DNA of 64,000 bases from Candidatus Doudnabacteria bacterium (GTDB lineage: Bacteria > Patescibacteriota > Doudnabacteria > UBA920): positions 266,853-330,852 of the forward strand of contig CAWINB010000004.1 of the NCBI GenBank assembly GCA_963837465.1, written 5' to 3'. Of this stretch, positions 39,188 to 49,215 are shown piece by piece. Within the stretch, counting starts at the first letter, position 1. Each line of letters begins with the position of its first letter. The translations under genes were made by a program, and so were the position numbers. The notes below the pieces were generated by a model. That model worked only from the letters and a program-made list of their open reading frames with translations, had not been told where the DNA came from and searched no databases.

Positions 39188-41563
39188 ATGGAACAATCAG
39201 ATAAAATTTACTGCAGTTTGGATATTGAGACTTCGGGATTTGATCCAAAGACTTGCGAGGTTTTGGAGGTGGGGTTTGTATTTTTTGAAATCGGTGACAG
39301 CGGCGTAAAGATTGTTGAAGAGTGGACCCAGGTTTTTAAGCCAAGCCAGCCGGTGACCGCGCAAATTTTGGGTTTGACGGGCATTAGCCAGAAAGAATTG
39401 GATGAGGCGCCGCCTTTTTCCGGGTTTCGTGAATTTTTGCGGGAAAAATTTGGGAGTGCCGTAATTTTGGGCCATAATGTGGTCTTTGACATAAAGTTTT
39501 TGGAAGGCTTTGGCATAAAATTTTCCGGGGAAATTATAGACACCCTTGACTTGGTACAGTGGATTTTGCCGACGCATCATAGCTACAACCTGGAAAATTT
39601 GATGCATACTTTCGGCATCAGCCACAAAGAAGCCCACAGGGCTTTGGCCGACAGCCGGGCTACGCTCAAGCTTTTGGAAAAACTGCTCCAGATCTACCGC
39701 GGTTTTCCGGAGATGTTGAAGCGGCAAATTCAAAAATTGATTGAGCCTCATAATTTTTCCTGGCAGAGCTTGCTTGCCGTAAGTCTGCCGCCTGTATCGT
39801 TTGAGGAATTTTCAGAAGATGAACCGGTAAAAAAAATAAAAAGTTCAGAAAATACAAAAATCGGTTTTAACTTTGAAGCTAAGGAAATCCTCAACTTTCC
39901 ATTGGGTCAAAATTATGTTGGGTTTTTGGCCCAGGCTTTAAAAAAAATATCAGGCGCCGCCCTGTTGGTTGTCCCCAAGCCGCAGGAAGTTTTAAACCTG
40001 TATCGCCAGGGGTTGGTTGATCATCCCGTGTTTTTGCCGGAGTCCAGTTTTGACGGGGAAAAATTCAGCCGTTTGCTAAAAAAGCCGTCGCTGTCTCCGG
40101 AAGAAGTAAAATTTATCCTGAAGATTCTGGTCTGGAAAAGAACCAACTGGCAGAGCCAAAGCCTGCTGGATCTGAATCTGTCGTTTTTCGGCGGCCAGTT
40201 TAAAAGTTTGATTTCCGGCGGAAAACTTGTTGAACAAAACACCAAAGGACTCTTGGCCTGCGACCAGACAACCTTTTTGGAACTTTCCGCCCGGGGTTTA
40301 TATTCCCAACGCCAGGTGGTGGTCTGCGGGCTGAATGAATTTGAATCTGCCATAACGGCTAATATCGGCACTAAAATCAGCTGGGGTTATATTAATTATC
40401 TTCTCAGGTCTTTTTATAATTTTGAACTTGAACTGGGAGAAGAAAAATATAAAACTCCGGCGCGGGAAGCTTTGGCCGCGGGCGACTTGTTTTTTGGTTT
40501 GGTTAACGCTCTGCTGCAATCCGACCCGCCGGGATTTGTTTATTATAAAATTTCCCGGCAGAGCGAAAGTGAAGACAGTTACCAAAAAATAAAAGGCGCG
40601 GCCGAAAATTACGCCTCCAAGTTGTCCCGCGCGAACGAAATTTTCCAATCGGACCAGGTAGCCGCGTTCTCCGCCAGCTTGCCGGACTTTTTTAAACTTG
40701 AAGCCAACCGAGTTAAATGGATTGAAATTTCCCCAAACCGCTGCGCTTTTTTAAGCCAGCCGCTGGATATAACGGAAATAGTCCAAAAGGTTTTAATGCC
40801 TTTTCCAAATCTTGGTTTCGCCGATTGTTTGGATAGTAAAGTTTTGCCGGAATTTTTTTCCTGGCGGCTTGGGTTGGGGGATTTTAAATTCAGGCAATTT
40901 TTGCCGCAAGCAATTAAGACAGGCGTCAGCCCCAAGTCCGCGCGGGGGGATTTGTTTAACGGTGTAAAAAGCCCGCATGTCGGCAGCGGCAGAAAAATTA
41001 ATTATCATTGTCTGGCCAAGCCTCCCCAGCTTTCCGAACTGGCTGAACTTGCAGACAAAAAGGACGCTTTGCCGGCCGCTATTTTATTTGCCGGCCCGCT
41101 CCAGGTACGGGAATTTTACGACCAAAACTATCAGGCTTTAAAAACCACCGCCACTGTGCTGGCCCAGAATAATTCCGGCGGCAGCAATAAAATTTTCCGC
41201 AACTTTTCCATCCGCCAAAACAGCCTTTTATTATGCACCGACAAATTCGTTTTAAAACATTTGACTTCGGCAAATTCCCTGGCTCCGGTAAGCCATCTTA
41301 AGGTAAAAACCCTGGTCTTGTGTCGTTTGCCGTTTGACCAGTTCACGCACCCTTACCAGGAAGCCCTGGGCCAAACCTTGTCCAATGCTTTTGAAGACTA
41401 CTCGCTGCCAAAAGCTTTGTATAATTTCCACAGCCTGTTAAAGTTTTTTTACACCCCGGAACTTAAGGATATTTACATAATTGACGCGAAACTGGCAAAA
41501 CCTTACGCTAAAATTTTTAAAGATTACTTCCAAACCATCCCTAATGCGGTATTTAAGGAGTAA
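39188..41563 (+). CDS. DEDDh 3'-5' exonuclease fused to a degenerate DinG-like helicase
   Basis: LDIETSG, GHNVVFD, HRALAD; C-terminal RLPF and IIDAKL...Y DinG-like motifs; no intact Walker A/DEAH visible. Confidence 0.78.
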   Translation: MEQSDKIYCSLDIETSGFDPKTCEVLEVGFVFFEIGDSGVKIVEEWTQVFKPSQPVTAQILGLTGISQKELDEAPPFSGFREFLREKFGSAVILGHNVVFDIKFLEGFGIKFSGEIIDTLDLVQWILPTHHSYNLENLMHTFGISHKEAHRALADSRATLKLLEKLLQIYRGFPEMLKRQIQKLIEPHNFSWQSLLAVSLPPVSFEEFSEDEPVKKIKSSENTKIGFNFEAKEILNFPLGQNYVGFLAQALKKISGAALLVVPKPQEVLNLYRQGLVDHPVFLPESSFDGEKFSRLLKKPSLSPEEVKFILKILVWKRTNWQSQSLLDLNLSFFGGQFKSLISGGKLVEQNTKGLLACDQTTFLELSARGLYSQRQVVVCGLNEFESAITANIGTKISWGYINYLLRSFYNFELELGEEKYKTPAREALAAGDLFFGLVNALLQSDPPGFVYYKISRQSESEDSYQKIKGAAENYASKLSRANEIFQSDQVAAFSASLPDFFKLEANRVKWIEISPNRCAFLSQPLDITEIVQKVLMPFPNLGFADCLDSKVLPEFFSWRLGLGDFKFRQFLPQAIKTGVSPKSARGDLFNGVKSPHVGSGRKINYHCLAKPPQLSELAELADKKDALPAAILFAGPLQVREFYDQNYQALKTTATVLAQNNSGGSNKIFRNFSIRQNSLLLCTDKFVLKHLTSANSLAPVSHLKVKTLVLCRLPFDQFTHPYQEALGQTLSNAFEDYSLPKALYNFHSLLKFFYTPELKDIYIIDAKLAKPYAKIFKDYFQTIPNAVFKE

Positions 41564-41751
41564 TCCATAAAGTATCCCGTGACAACATGCAAAACCCTGT
41601 TTTACTAAAGTTTTGATGGCTTTCTTGCTACAAAGGTATAGTCCCCAAGTTATCCACACATTATCCTAAGCCTTAAAAATGTTAATTTAGCATGTTTAGC
41701 GCTAATAAATGCTTTAAATAAGCAGAATTGATACTAAAAAGCCTTCTCTTA

Positions 41752-41831
41752 TTGACAAATCAATATAAGCCTGATATTATAAATGTATAGTTAATTTGTG
41801 GGTAACTTTGGAAACCAAAAGTTCTTTAACA
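41752..41831 (+). promoter_or_regulatory. sigma70 promoter followed by a boxA-like antitermination signal
   Basis: TTGACA(41752)-17bp-TATTAT with extended TG; GTTCTTTAACA at 41821. Confidence 0.7.
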
Positions 41832-41847
41832 ATTTTTACAGTCAATA

Positions 41848-42270
41848 TCAAACTGGACAAAGGAAAATGGCTTTTAAAAGGTTAAAAGCGTTTTTCCTTT
41901 AAACTTCTCGTCAAAGCCTGTCCAATCCAGGCTGTTTGAAAAACAAAAACAAAAATATGCAGGTCAGATGTTCTTACCGAACAACTGGCAAATTATATTC
42001 CAAAATAGGATATAATTATTGTTAAGGTCCATAAAACGACCAGAAGAGAAGTTTGAAGTGCAGTTTGAAATCAGATTGGAATTCAGACGCTCTCCCGTAT
42101 CTTACGATCGGGAAGGCCGGAATTCGACAGAGTGTTGCCTGCTACTCAAGGTTTAGGGTCTAAATAGTTTAGGTCTTAAATCTTGAGTGGCACGTAGCCG
42201 ATCGAAACCCGGTTACAGGCCCCTCCGCAACCTATTTTTTTAAATAACGTTGGCCCGATGGGGCCTTTTA
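41848..42270 (+). ncRNA. Candidate large structured non-coding RNA of unknown class
   Basis: Nested helices TCAAACTG/CAGTTTGA and AAACTTCTC/GAGAAGTTT, many hairpins, a loop pseudoknot, terminal GGCCC-GATG-GGGCC-TTTT; no long ORF. Confidence 0.6.
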
Positions 42271-42328
42271 CTATTGTATAAAAAATTTAAATCATATATA
42301 ATAAATCTATCTTAATTAAGACCATTTT

Positions 42329-42634
42329 ATGCCAACACAACAATTTATAGAACAAATGAAGCAAAAGTTGCTGGATCACCAAAAAAAACTGCTCGGTGAT
42401 TTGGCCCGCCTAAACCCCAATGAACATTTAGGGGAAGATTTGGACTCCAACGCCCAGGAGGTGGAAGACAACGAAGTCAGCCAGGATATAATCGCCCGCG
42501 TAGAGGCGGATTTAGCAAAAATAGAAAAGGCCCTAGCCAAAATTCAGAACGGCACATACGGCACCGACGACGAAGGCAGGGAAATTCCCCAGGACAGGCT
42601 GAATGTTTTGCCGTGGGCTGATAAATCCATATAA
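42329..42634 (+). CDS. DksA/TraR-family protein lacking Zn-finger cysteines
   Basis: IEKALAKIQNGTYG...IPQDRLNVLPWA; upstream of lspA. Confidence 0.8.
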   Translation: MPTQQFIEQMKQKLLDHQKKLLGDLARLNPNEHLGEDLDSNAQEVEDNEVSQDIIARVEADLAKIEKALAKIQNGTYGTDDEGREIPQDRLNVLPWADKSI

Positions 42635-42657
42635 AATCAAGGTTTAATTTTTACAAA

Positions 42658-43095
42658 ATGCAGGAAGATGCCCCACAAAAAAATGCCGCTGTCTTTTTAA
42701 AGCCCGGCGTTTTTTTTGTATTTTTAATAGTATTGGATCAACTGGCAAAGCATTTTGCCGAACATATATTCTTCAACGACCGTTTCGCTTTTAGCCTGCC
42801 CGTGCCAGAACCGCTGATGTACATTATTTACTTCCTGGTCACGGCCGGAATTATTTATTACATTGCCGGGCATTATAAAAATTTCCCCCCAAGTTCCGCC
42901 GCCGCCTGGGTATTAATTTTAGCCGGCGCCTTATCCAACATCGGGGAAAGGATTCTGCTCGGCAGAGTACGGGATTTTATTTATATCAGCTTTTACCGCT
43001 GGACAGGAGTTTATAATTTGGCGGACGGATATATAATCGTTGGAATAACAATTTTATTAATGGCTCGTAATAATGACAAAAATAATAAAAATTAA
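42658..43095 (+). CDS. lspA: Lipoprotein signal peptidase
   Basis: LDQLAK, GALSNIGER, VRDFI, YNLAD. Confidence 0.88.
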   Translation: MQEDAPQKNAAVFLKPGVFFVFLIVLDQLAKHFAEHIFFNDRFAFSLPVPEPLMYIIYFLVTAGIIYYIAGHYKNFPPSSAAAWVLILAGALSNIGERILLGRVRDFIYISFYRWTGVYNLADGYIIVGITILLMARNNDKNNKN

Positions 43096-43170
43096 AAAAA
43101 TGACAAAAATAGGCTGCGGTTAATATTTGCTCACTTTTGTCATTCTTGTCATTTTTGCTCATTTCTTTTT

Positions 43171-44676
43171 ATGATTTCAAAAGTTTTTAGCGCCGCGGTT
43201 TTAGGCCTGGACGCGGAGTTGATAGAAGTAGAGGCCGACGTGACCAACGGGCTTCCCGCCACGGTTATAGTGGGTCTCCCGGATACCGCCGTGCAGGAAA
43301 GCCGTGAACGTGTTAAGGCCGCGATTAAAAATTCCGGCTGCAGCTATCCGCCCACGCGCGTCAGCGTTAACCTGGCACCGGCCGACGTGCCCAAACTCGG
43401 CACCCATTTTGATTTGCCCATTGCTTTATGCGTGCTTATGGCATCTGAGCAGTTGGACTGTATAAATACCGGCAAGATATTTTTGGGAGAGCTTTCGCTG
43501 GACGGGCAACTGCGTGCCGTGCCCGGAGTTTTGGCCGTTGCGATAACGGCAAAGCGGCTCGGAATTAAGGAACTTTTTGTCCCCAAGTCCAATGCCAAAG
43601 AAGCGGCTTTGGTCGGGGGGATAAAAATTTATCCGGTGGACAACTTAAAGCAGCTGCTCGGGCATTTGATGGGACTTGAACTTTTGCCGATAGAGCCGGA
43701 AGCTCAGCCGCAAAAGATTTTAAAAAATTTTCAGGCGGCGCTGGATATGAAAGATGTCGCCGGACAGGAATTGGCTAAGCGGGCCTTGGAAATAGCGGCT
43801 TCAGGCTCGCATAATATCCTGCTTTCCGGACCCCCGGGGTCGGGAAAGACTTTACTTGCCCGGGCGTTGTCCGGAATTTTGCCGGACCTGTCTTTGGACG
43901 AAGCGTTGGAGCTGACAAAAATTTACAGCATTGGCGGCAAACTCCAGGGGAGTTTTATTTCCAGCCGGCCGGTACGCAGTCCGCACCATACCACTTCCAA
44001 TGTAGCCTTGGTTGGAGGAGGCGCCAATCCCAAACCCGGAGAAATAACTTTAGCCCACCGCGGTGTTTTATTTTTGGACGAATTTCCGGAATTTCCGCGT
44101 AACGTTTTAGAAGCTTTGCGCCAGCCTTTGGAAGACGGGGTGGTCACGGTCTCGCGGGCCAGCGGCACTTTTACTTTTCCGGCCAAATTTACTTTGGTGG
44201 CGGCGCAGAATCCGTGCCCGTGCGGTTATTTGGGAGATGCGGCAAAAAAATGCGTCTGCGGCCCGGGACAGATTTTTAAATACCAGAAAAAAATTTCCGG
44301 CCCCCTGCTGGACAGAATAGATCTTCACGTGGAAGTGCCGCGCCTGCCTTATGAAAAAATGGCGGATGCCACGGCGGCTGAAAAATCTGATGGCATAAAA
44401 AAAAGAGTGGAGCATGCCCGGGAAGTTCAGCGCCTGCGTTTTGGTAAAAGCAAAACCAACAGCGAAATGAATTTAGTGGAAATAAAACAATACTGCAAAC
44501 TGGGAGATGCCGAGCAGGAAATGCTAAAACAAGCCATGAAAACCTACAACTTTTCCGGCCGCTCCCTCCACCGCATCCTAAAAGTCTCCCGCACCATAGC
44601 CGACCTGGCCTCCGCCGAAACCATCACCACCCAACACCTGGCCGAAGCCATAATGTATAGGCCGAAAAGTGAATAA
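43171..44676 (+). CDS. comM: ComM/YifB Mg-chelatase-like AAA ATPase
   Basis: VGLPDTAVQESRERV, GPPGSGKT, RSPHH, NPCPCG. Confidence 0.93.
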   Translation: MISKVFSAAVLGLDAELIEVEADVTNGLPATVIVGLPDTAVQESRERVKAAIKNSGCSYPPTRVSVNLAPADVPKLGTHFDLPIALCVLMASEQLDCINTGKIFLGELSLDGQLRAVPGVLAVAITAKRLGIKELFVPKSNAKEAALVGGIKIYPVDNLKQLLGHLMGLELLPIEPEAQPQKILKNFQAALDMKDVAGQELAKRALEIAASGSHNILLSGPPGSGKTLLARALSGILPDLSLDEALELTKIYSIGGKLQGSFISSRPVRSPHHTTSNVALVGGGANPKPGEITLAHRGVLFLDEFPEFPRNVLEALRQPLEDGVVTVSRASGTFTFPAKFTLVAAQNPCPCGYLGDAAKKCVCGPGQIFKYQKKISGPLLDRIDLHVEVPRLPYEKMADATAAEKSDGIKKRVEHAREVQRLRFGKSKTNSEMNLVEIKQYCKLGDAEQEMLKQAMKTYNFSGRSLHRILKVSRTIADLASAETITTQHLAEAIMYRPKSE

Positions 44677-44769
44677 GTATCAATTTAAAACAGTCCTTAT
44701 TAATAAGGACTGTTTTAAACAATTTCTGCCTGGTTATTTTTACATCCTGCCAAAGGCGAAGTTTTATAT

Positions 44770-45102
44770 ATGAGCACGCTGGGGCTTTCCCAGGAAGTTT
44801 TTAAAAAAACTTTCAGAAAAATGGATATGATTCCACTGTCGGAAAATTACCATATGCGTGAATTGGTGGATGAAAGTCCGGAAGGCAGGGCTTACGCGGA
44901 AAAAGTAAAAAATAATTTCAGGCAGGTAAAGCTGATTCCCAAAACATTTTTGCCCTTTGAAGTGGATATTGGGATTTTTGCCGATAAAGTATTAATAACT
45001 TCTTTAAAAAAAGAATATTTTACTGTCAGTATTGAAAGCGCGGAAATCAGCCGGGCGTTTAGGCAGTTGTTTGAGGCGATGTGGCAACTATCTCTCAATT
45101 AA
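44770..45102 (+). pseudogene. C-terminal fragment of a TrmB-family regulator
   Basis: EVDIGIFADKVLITS...FRQLFEAMW without the HTH. Confidence 0.6.
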
Positions 45103-45126
45103 GTGTCAAGGGTGACCCTTGACACT
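45102..45126. repeat. 25-bp REP-like palindrome
   Basis: AGTGTCAAGGGTGACCCTTGACACT, identical at 50729-50753. Confidence 0.9.
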
Positions 45127-45191
45127 GCTGTTTTGTAAAGCCATATTCCGGTTTGCAGGTAAAAATAATGGTTTTGTAGTATAATATAGTT

Positions 45192-46088
45192 ATGCAAAAA
45201 ATCAAAAAAGCAATTATTCCGGCGGCGGGGTTTGGGACAAGGTTTTTGCCGGCCACCAAGGCTATGCCTAAGGAGATGTTGCCTATTGTAGATAAGCCGA
45301 TTATCCAGTATGTGGTGGAAGACGCGGTGAGCGCGGGGATTGAAGATATAATTATAGTCACCGGCTGGCACAAACGAACCATTGAAGACCATTTTGACTA
45401 TCCTTTTGAATTGGAAAAAAGACTGCTTGAGGCGGGCAAAAACGAACAAGCGGAACAAGTCCGCAAAATCGCGGAAATGGCGAATTTTTATTACGTAAGG
45501 CAAAAAGGGCCGTTGGGCAATGCCACGCCGATTTGGAACGCGCGCAAATTTATCGCAGACGAACCTTTTTTGGTTTTGTGGGGCGATGATTTTATAGACG
45601 CCAACCCCAGCCGTTCCCAACAGCTGGCAGACGCTTACACAAAATTAGGCGGCAGCGCGGTTTTAGGCAGCATTAGAATGGACGGCGAGGAAGACTATAA
45701 GCGCTATGGCTACGCGGCGGGAAAAGAAAAAGAGGCGGGCATTTTAAAAATAGAGCAAATTATTGAAAAACCGGGCGTTGGTATGATAAACTCGGACTAT
45801 GCCGTGGTCTCCGGCGCGGTTTACAGCCCGGAAATATTTGAGGCCATAGAAGAGAGTATGCGCCGCTTGGAAAATAGCAGCATGCCCCATGAACTGGTTT
45901 ACGTGGATGCCATAAATATTTTATTGGAACAAAAAAAAGATTGCTACGCCGTGGAAATTAAAAACGGCAAGTACTATGACACAGGCAACAAGCTGGAGTA
46001 CCTAAAAGCCGTGGTGGAGTTCGGTTTGAAGCATGACGAGCTGAAAGAGGAGTTTGGAGAATATTTGAGGCATTTGAATCAGGAATAA
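45192..46088 (+). CDS. galU: UTP--glucose-1-phosphate uridylyltransferase
   Basis: PAAGFGTRFLPATKAMPKEMLP, RQKGPLG, EKP. Confidence 0.93.
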   Translation: MQKIKKAIIPAAGFGTRFLPATKAMPKEMLPIVDKPIIQYVVEDAVSAGIEDIIIVTGWHKRTIEDHFDYPFELEKRLLEAGKNEQAEQVRKIAEMANFYYVRQKGPLGNATPIWNARKFIADEPFLVLWGDDFIDANPSRSQQLADAYTKLGGSAVLGSIRMDGEEDYKRYGYAAGKEKEAGILKIEQIIEKPGVGMINSDYAVVSGAVYSPEIFEAIEESMRRLENSSMPHELVYVDAINILLEQKKDCYAVEIKNGKYYDTGNKLEYLKAVVEFGLKHDELKEEFGEYLRHLNQE

Positions 46089-46157
46089 TGAATTATGAGT
46101 TACGGGGAACTTAATGCCCCCTAATTCATAATTCCAAATTTATAATTCGTAAAATAC

Positions 46158-47462
46158 ATGAAACCAAAAATAAAAAATAAATATACAAAAATCGTCGCGG
46201 CGCTAATATCTGTCAGCCTTCTGTCCGCCGGTTGCGGCGGCGGTTCGTCCGGCGCGGGCAGCAGCCGCGTGGTGCTTAATTTTTGGGATCCTTTTGAAAG
46301 CAGCCAGGATTTACAGCCGTTGATTGCCCAGTACGAACAAAAACATCCCAACGTACAGGTTGTTTACACGCAGAAGGATATTACCACTTATCCAGATGAC
46401 CTTATAAACGCGCTGGCTTCCGGCAGCGGACCGGATATTTTTGCCATCAACAACAACTGGCTGCCGCAGTACCTCAACAAAGTTACGCCGGCTCCCAGCA
46501 ACATTATTTCCTATACCGACTACAAGACCGCTTTTGTGGACGCGGCGGTAAACGATTTTACGCTCAACCAGCAGGTTTACGGAGTGCCTTTGTACGTAGA
46601 TTCCCTGGGACTTTATTATAATAAAGATATTTTAGGCAGCGCCGGTATTGCCGTGCCGCCGCAAACCTGGGACCAGCTTTCCGCGGATGCGCAAAAAATC
46701 AAACGCGCCGACAGTACCGGCTACTTTACCTTGAGCGGTTTGGCCGCCGGCACCAACGACAACGTCAACCGCGCCGTGGACATTTTATATTTGTTGATGC
46801 TGCAACAGGGAGCGGTGCCTTATACTGCCGACGGCACCCAGCCGACTTTTGCCAACACCGTACAGCAGAACGGACAGAGCGCCAACCCGGGACTGACTGC
46901 CTTAAATTTTTATACCTCTTTTGCCAATCCTTACAGCCAAAATTATAACTGGAACGCGCGCAGCGATTACTCCATAGATGCGTTCGCCAACGGCCGCGCC
47001 GCCTTTTTGTACAGCTATTCCTATACCGCTGCCACCATCAAACAAAAAAATCCCAACTTAAATTTTGACGTCGCTCCCGTGCCGCAGCCAAATTTAAACC
47101 AGCCGGCGGTTAATTTTGCCAATTACTGGGGCGAGGTGGTAAGCAAGCAGAGCAAAAACAGCGCCTGGGCCTGGGATTTTTTGAATTTTTTGACCAGCAA
47201 AGCCTCTCTGGACAAATATTACGCCAGCGACAAAGAACCTTCTTCCCGCAATGACCTTATAGCTTTGCAGATCCAGGATCCGGACATTGGCGTTTTTGCC
47301 AACGCCAACTTAACGGCCAAGACTTTTTACAAACCAGACCAGGTAAAAATAGACGACATCTTCGGGGAAATGATAGACAACATCATCTTAAAAGGCATGA
47401 CCTCCCAGCAGGCCCTGACCCAGGCGCAGGAGGAGGCGCAGACGGTGAACGCGGGGCAGTAA
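46158..47462 (+). CDS. Extracellular solute-binding lipoprotein (sugar-type)
   Basis: Lipobox LSAGC, GPDIF, LYYNKD, PPQTWD. Confidence 0.88.
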   Translation: MKPKIKNKYTKIVAALISVSLLSAGCGGGSSGAGSSRVVLNFWDPFESSQDLQPLIAQYEQKHPNVQVVYTQKDITTYPDDLINALASGSGPDIFAINNNWLPQYLNKVTPAPSNIISYTDYKTAFVDAAVNDFTLNQQVYGVPLYVDSLGLYYNKDILGSAGIAVPPQTWDQLSADAQKIKRADSTGYFTLSGLAAGTNDNVNRAVDILYLLMLQQGAVPYTADGTQPTFANTVQQNGQSANPGLTALNFYTSFANPYSQNYNWNARSDYSIDAFANGRAAFLYSYSYTAATIKQKNPNLNFDVAPVPQPNLNQPAVNFANYWGEVVSKQSKNSAWAWDFLNFLTSKASLDKYYASDKEPSSRNDLIALQIQDPDIGVFANANLTAKTFYKPDQVKIDDIFGEMIDNIILKGMTSQQALTQAQEEAQTVNAGQ

Positions 47463-47708
47463 GAAAATTATTCTAATTAACCTAATTGTTCTAAGTACTC
47501 TAAATAATGTCCAATGTCGAAAGTCCCAGTGGCCGAAAATTTGATCTTGAATTTAATTTTCAATAAAATATACCAAAAAGTAACTAATAAAGACAGCCAC
47601 GACTAGACATTTGGCATTGGACATTGGTGCTTTTTAGGGCACTTAGAACAATTAGGATAATTAGAAATTTAGCACAAAAAGGTATATAATGAGGTTGTAT
47701 TTATCCAA

Positions 47709-48173
47709 ATGAAACAAAAATTACTGCTAGTTTTAATTATTTTTGGTTTTATAACCGTACCTCTTTTAGTCTCGGCCCACGGGCTGGTTCCCTGCGGCGG
47801 GATTAACGAGAACCCCTGCACGGTTACGGATATTTTTGTTCTGATTGCCAGGGCCACCAACTGGCTTATTGCCGTGGCCGGGTTGTATGCGGTTTACCAG
47901 ATAATCAATCAGGGTTTTTATCTCATAATTTCCGTGGGCAATGAGGAAGCTATTACGGCAAGAAAAAATGCTTTAACCAATGTTGTTATTGGTTTTGTGC
48001 TTATATTATTTGCCTACATGTTTGTTAATACTGTAGTCAATGTTTTATTGACCAGAAGTTTGACCCCTGCCAATCATCCTGAATGCAAACTGGACTTAAC
48101 CAACCCTTTAAATTACCTGACCATAAACCAGAATCCATGCACCAACCTGCCCGATACGGGATTGCACCAATAA
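47709..48173 (+). CDS. VirB2/TrbC-like pilin 1
   Basis: Signal peptide, GLVPCG...C, ISVGNEE...RKNALTNVVIG. Confidence 0.8.
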   Translation: MKQKLLLVLIIFGFITVPLLVSAHGLVPCGGINENPCTVTDIFVLIARATNWLIAVAGLYAVYQIINQGFYLIISVGNEEAITARKNALTNVVIGFVLILFAYMFVNTVVNVLLTRSLTPANHPECKLDLTNPLNYLTINQNPCTNLPDTGLHQ

Positions 48174-48186
48174 AATAAAAAATAAA

Positions 48187-48609
48187 ATGAAACAAAATTT
48201 TAAAAAAATATTTTTGTTTGCCGGAATGGCGGTTTTTAATGTTTTAATTTTAAGCGCGTTGCCTTTTAGCGCGGGCGCGACGTTTAACTGCACGACTTAC
48301 CAAAACCAATTTACCCTAAGCACTACTACCAGTGGCACGGTCGTAAACATCTCAACCGGCTATCCCGTCTACTGCTCGGCCGGCGACTTGGCGGTGCAGG
48401 TTATTAATTACCTTTCGGCTATATCCGGGACGGTGGTAATAATATTTTTAATCATTGGCGGGTTTTTGTATGTAACTTCCGCCGGCAACGAGGAGCAGTC
48501 GGAAAAAGCCAGGAAGATCATAACCAATTCCATTATTGGCCTGGTGGTAATTATTTTGGCCTTTACGATAGTAAAAGTGGTTTCGAGTTTGCTGACGCTT
48601 GGGCATTAA
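48187..48609 (+). CDS. VirB2/TrbC-like pilin 2
   Basis: IIGGFLYVTSAGNEEQSEKARKIITNSIIG. Confidence 0.85.
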   Translation: MKQNFKKIFLFAGMAVFNVLILSALPFSAGATFNCTTYQNQFTLSTTTSGTVVNISTGYPVYCSAGDLAVQVINYLSAISGTVVIIFLIIGGFLYVTSAGNEEQSEKARKIITNSIIGLVVIILAFTIVKVVSSLLTLGH

Positions 48610-48796
48610 CCCGCAGTACATTCGCGTTGGCATCCCATAAACGGGCCAACTGCGGTTGTTGTTTTTCCATCAAAATTTTCCGATTAACCCGATTCTCAGG
48701 CTGTTCTGATTTTTAAGGCGATATTTTTTGATTCTTATATTTTATGCTATAATTACAGCAACTAAATTTTAGTATCACTACTAAACTTGGAAGGGG

Positions 48797-49210
48797 GTGA
48801 ACAGATTGAAACAAATAATGCAAAAAATAAATTTTCTTAAAGCGGCGGAAGTTATTTTGGCTGTTTTGCTGGTGTTCGCCCCGTTTTTGGTAACCGCCCA
48901 GTTTAGCCCAAGCAACAACCAGGCTCTTTGCAACGGCACCGGTCTTAATTGTCAGTCTACCAGTGTTAACGGCCTCATCCAAACCGTAATAGACTGGCTT
49001 TTGGGGATAGCTTTTGCTCTTGCCGTGCTGTTTTTGATAATCGGCGGCTTTTGGTACATCACTTCCGCCGGTAACGAAGAAACCGCGGAAAAAGGTAAAA
49101 GTACGGCCATTAACGCTATTATTGGTATTGTAATAATTATTTTGTCTTACGTTATTATTAACGTAATCTCCAACCTTGTCGCCAGCCCCAACTCTACCAC
49201 CGCGCCGTAA
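48797..49210 (+). CDS. VirB2/TrbC-like pilin 3
   Basis: IIGGFWYITSAGNEETAEKGKSTAINAIIG. Confidence 0.85.
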   Translation: MNRLKQIMQKINFLKAAEVILAVLLVFAPFLVTAQFSPSNNQALCNGTGLNCQSTSVNGLIQTVIDWLLGIAFALAVLFLIIGGFWYITSAGNEETAEKGKSTAINAIIGIVIIILSYVIINVISNLVASPNSTTAP

Positions 49211-49215
49211 AGATA

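Noticed and set aside
7321-41806. TTATCCACA DnaA-box-like sites (7321, 36073, 41650, degenerate ~41797) as a replication origin
   Set aside because: Isolated single boxes with no dense cluster and no dnaA/dnaN nearby; more likely promoter-associated sites
41848-42270. rRNA, RNase P, tmRNA or a group I/II intron as the identity of the boxA-linked RNA
   Set aside because: No GAGGAAAGUCC, no tRNA-like ends with CCA, no intron termini or domain V, and no rRNA sequence recognised
47466-47670. Repeat arrays as a CRISPR locus
   Set aside because: Units are 7-10 nt, degenerate, lack unique spacers, and no cas genes are present
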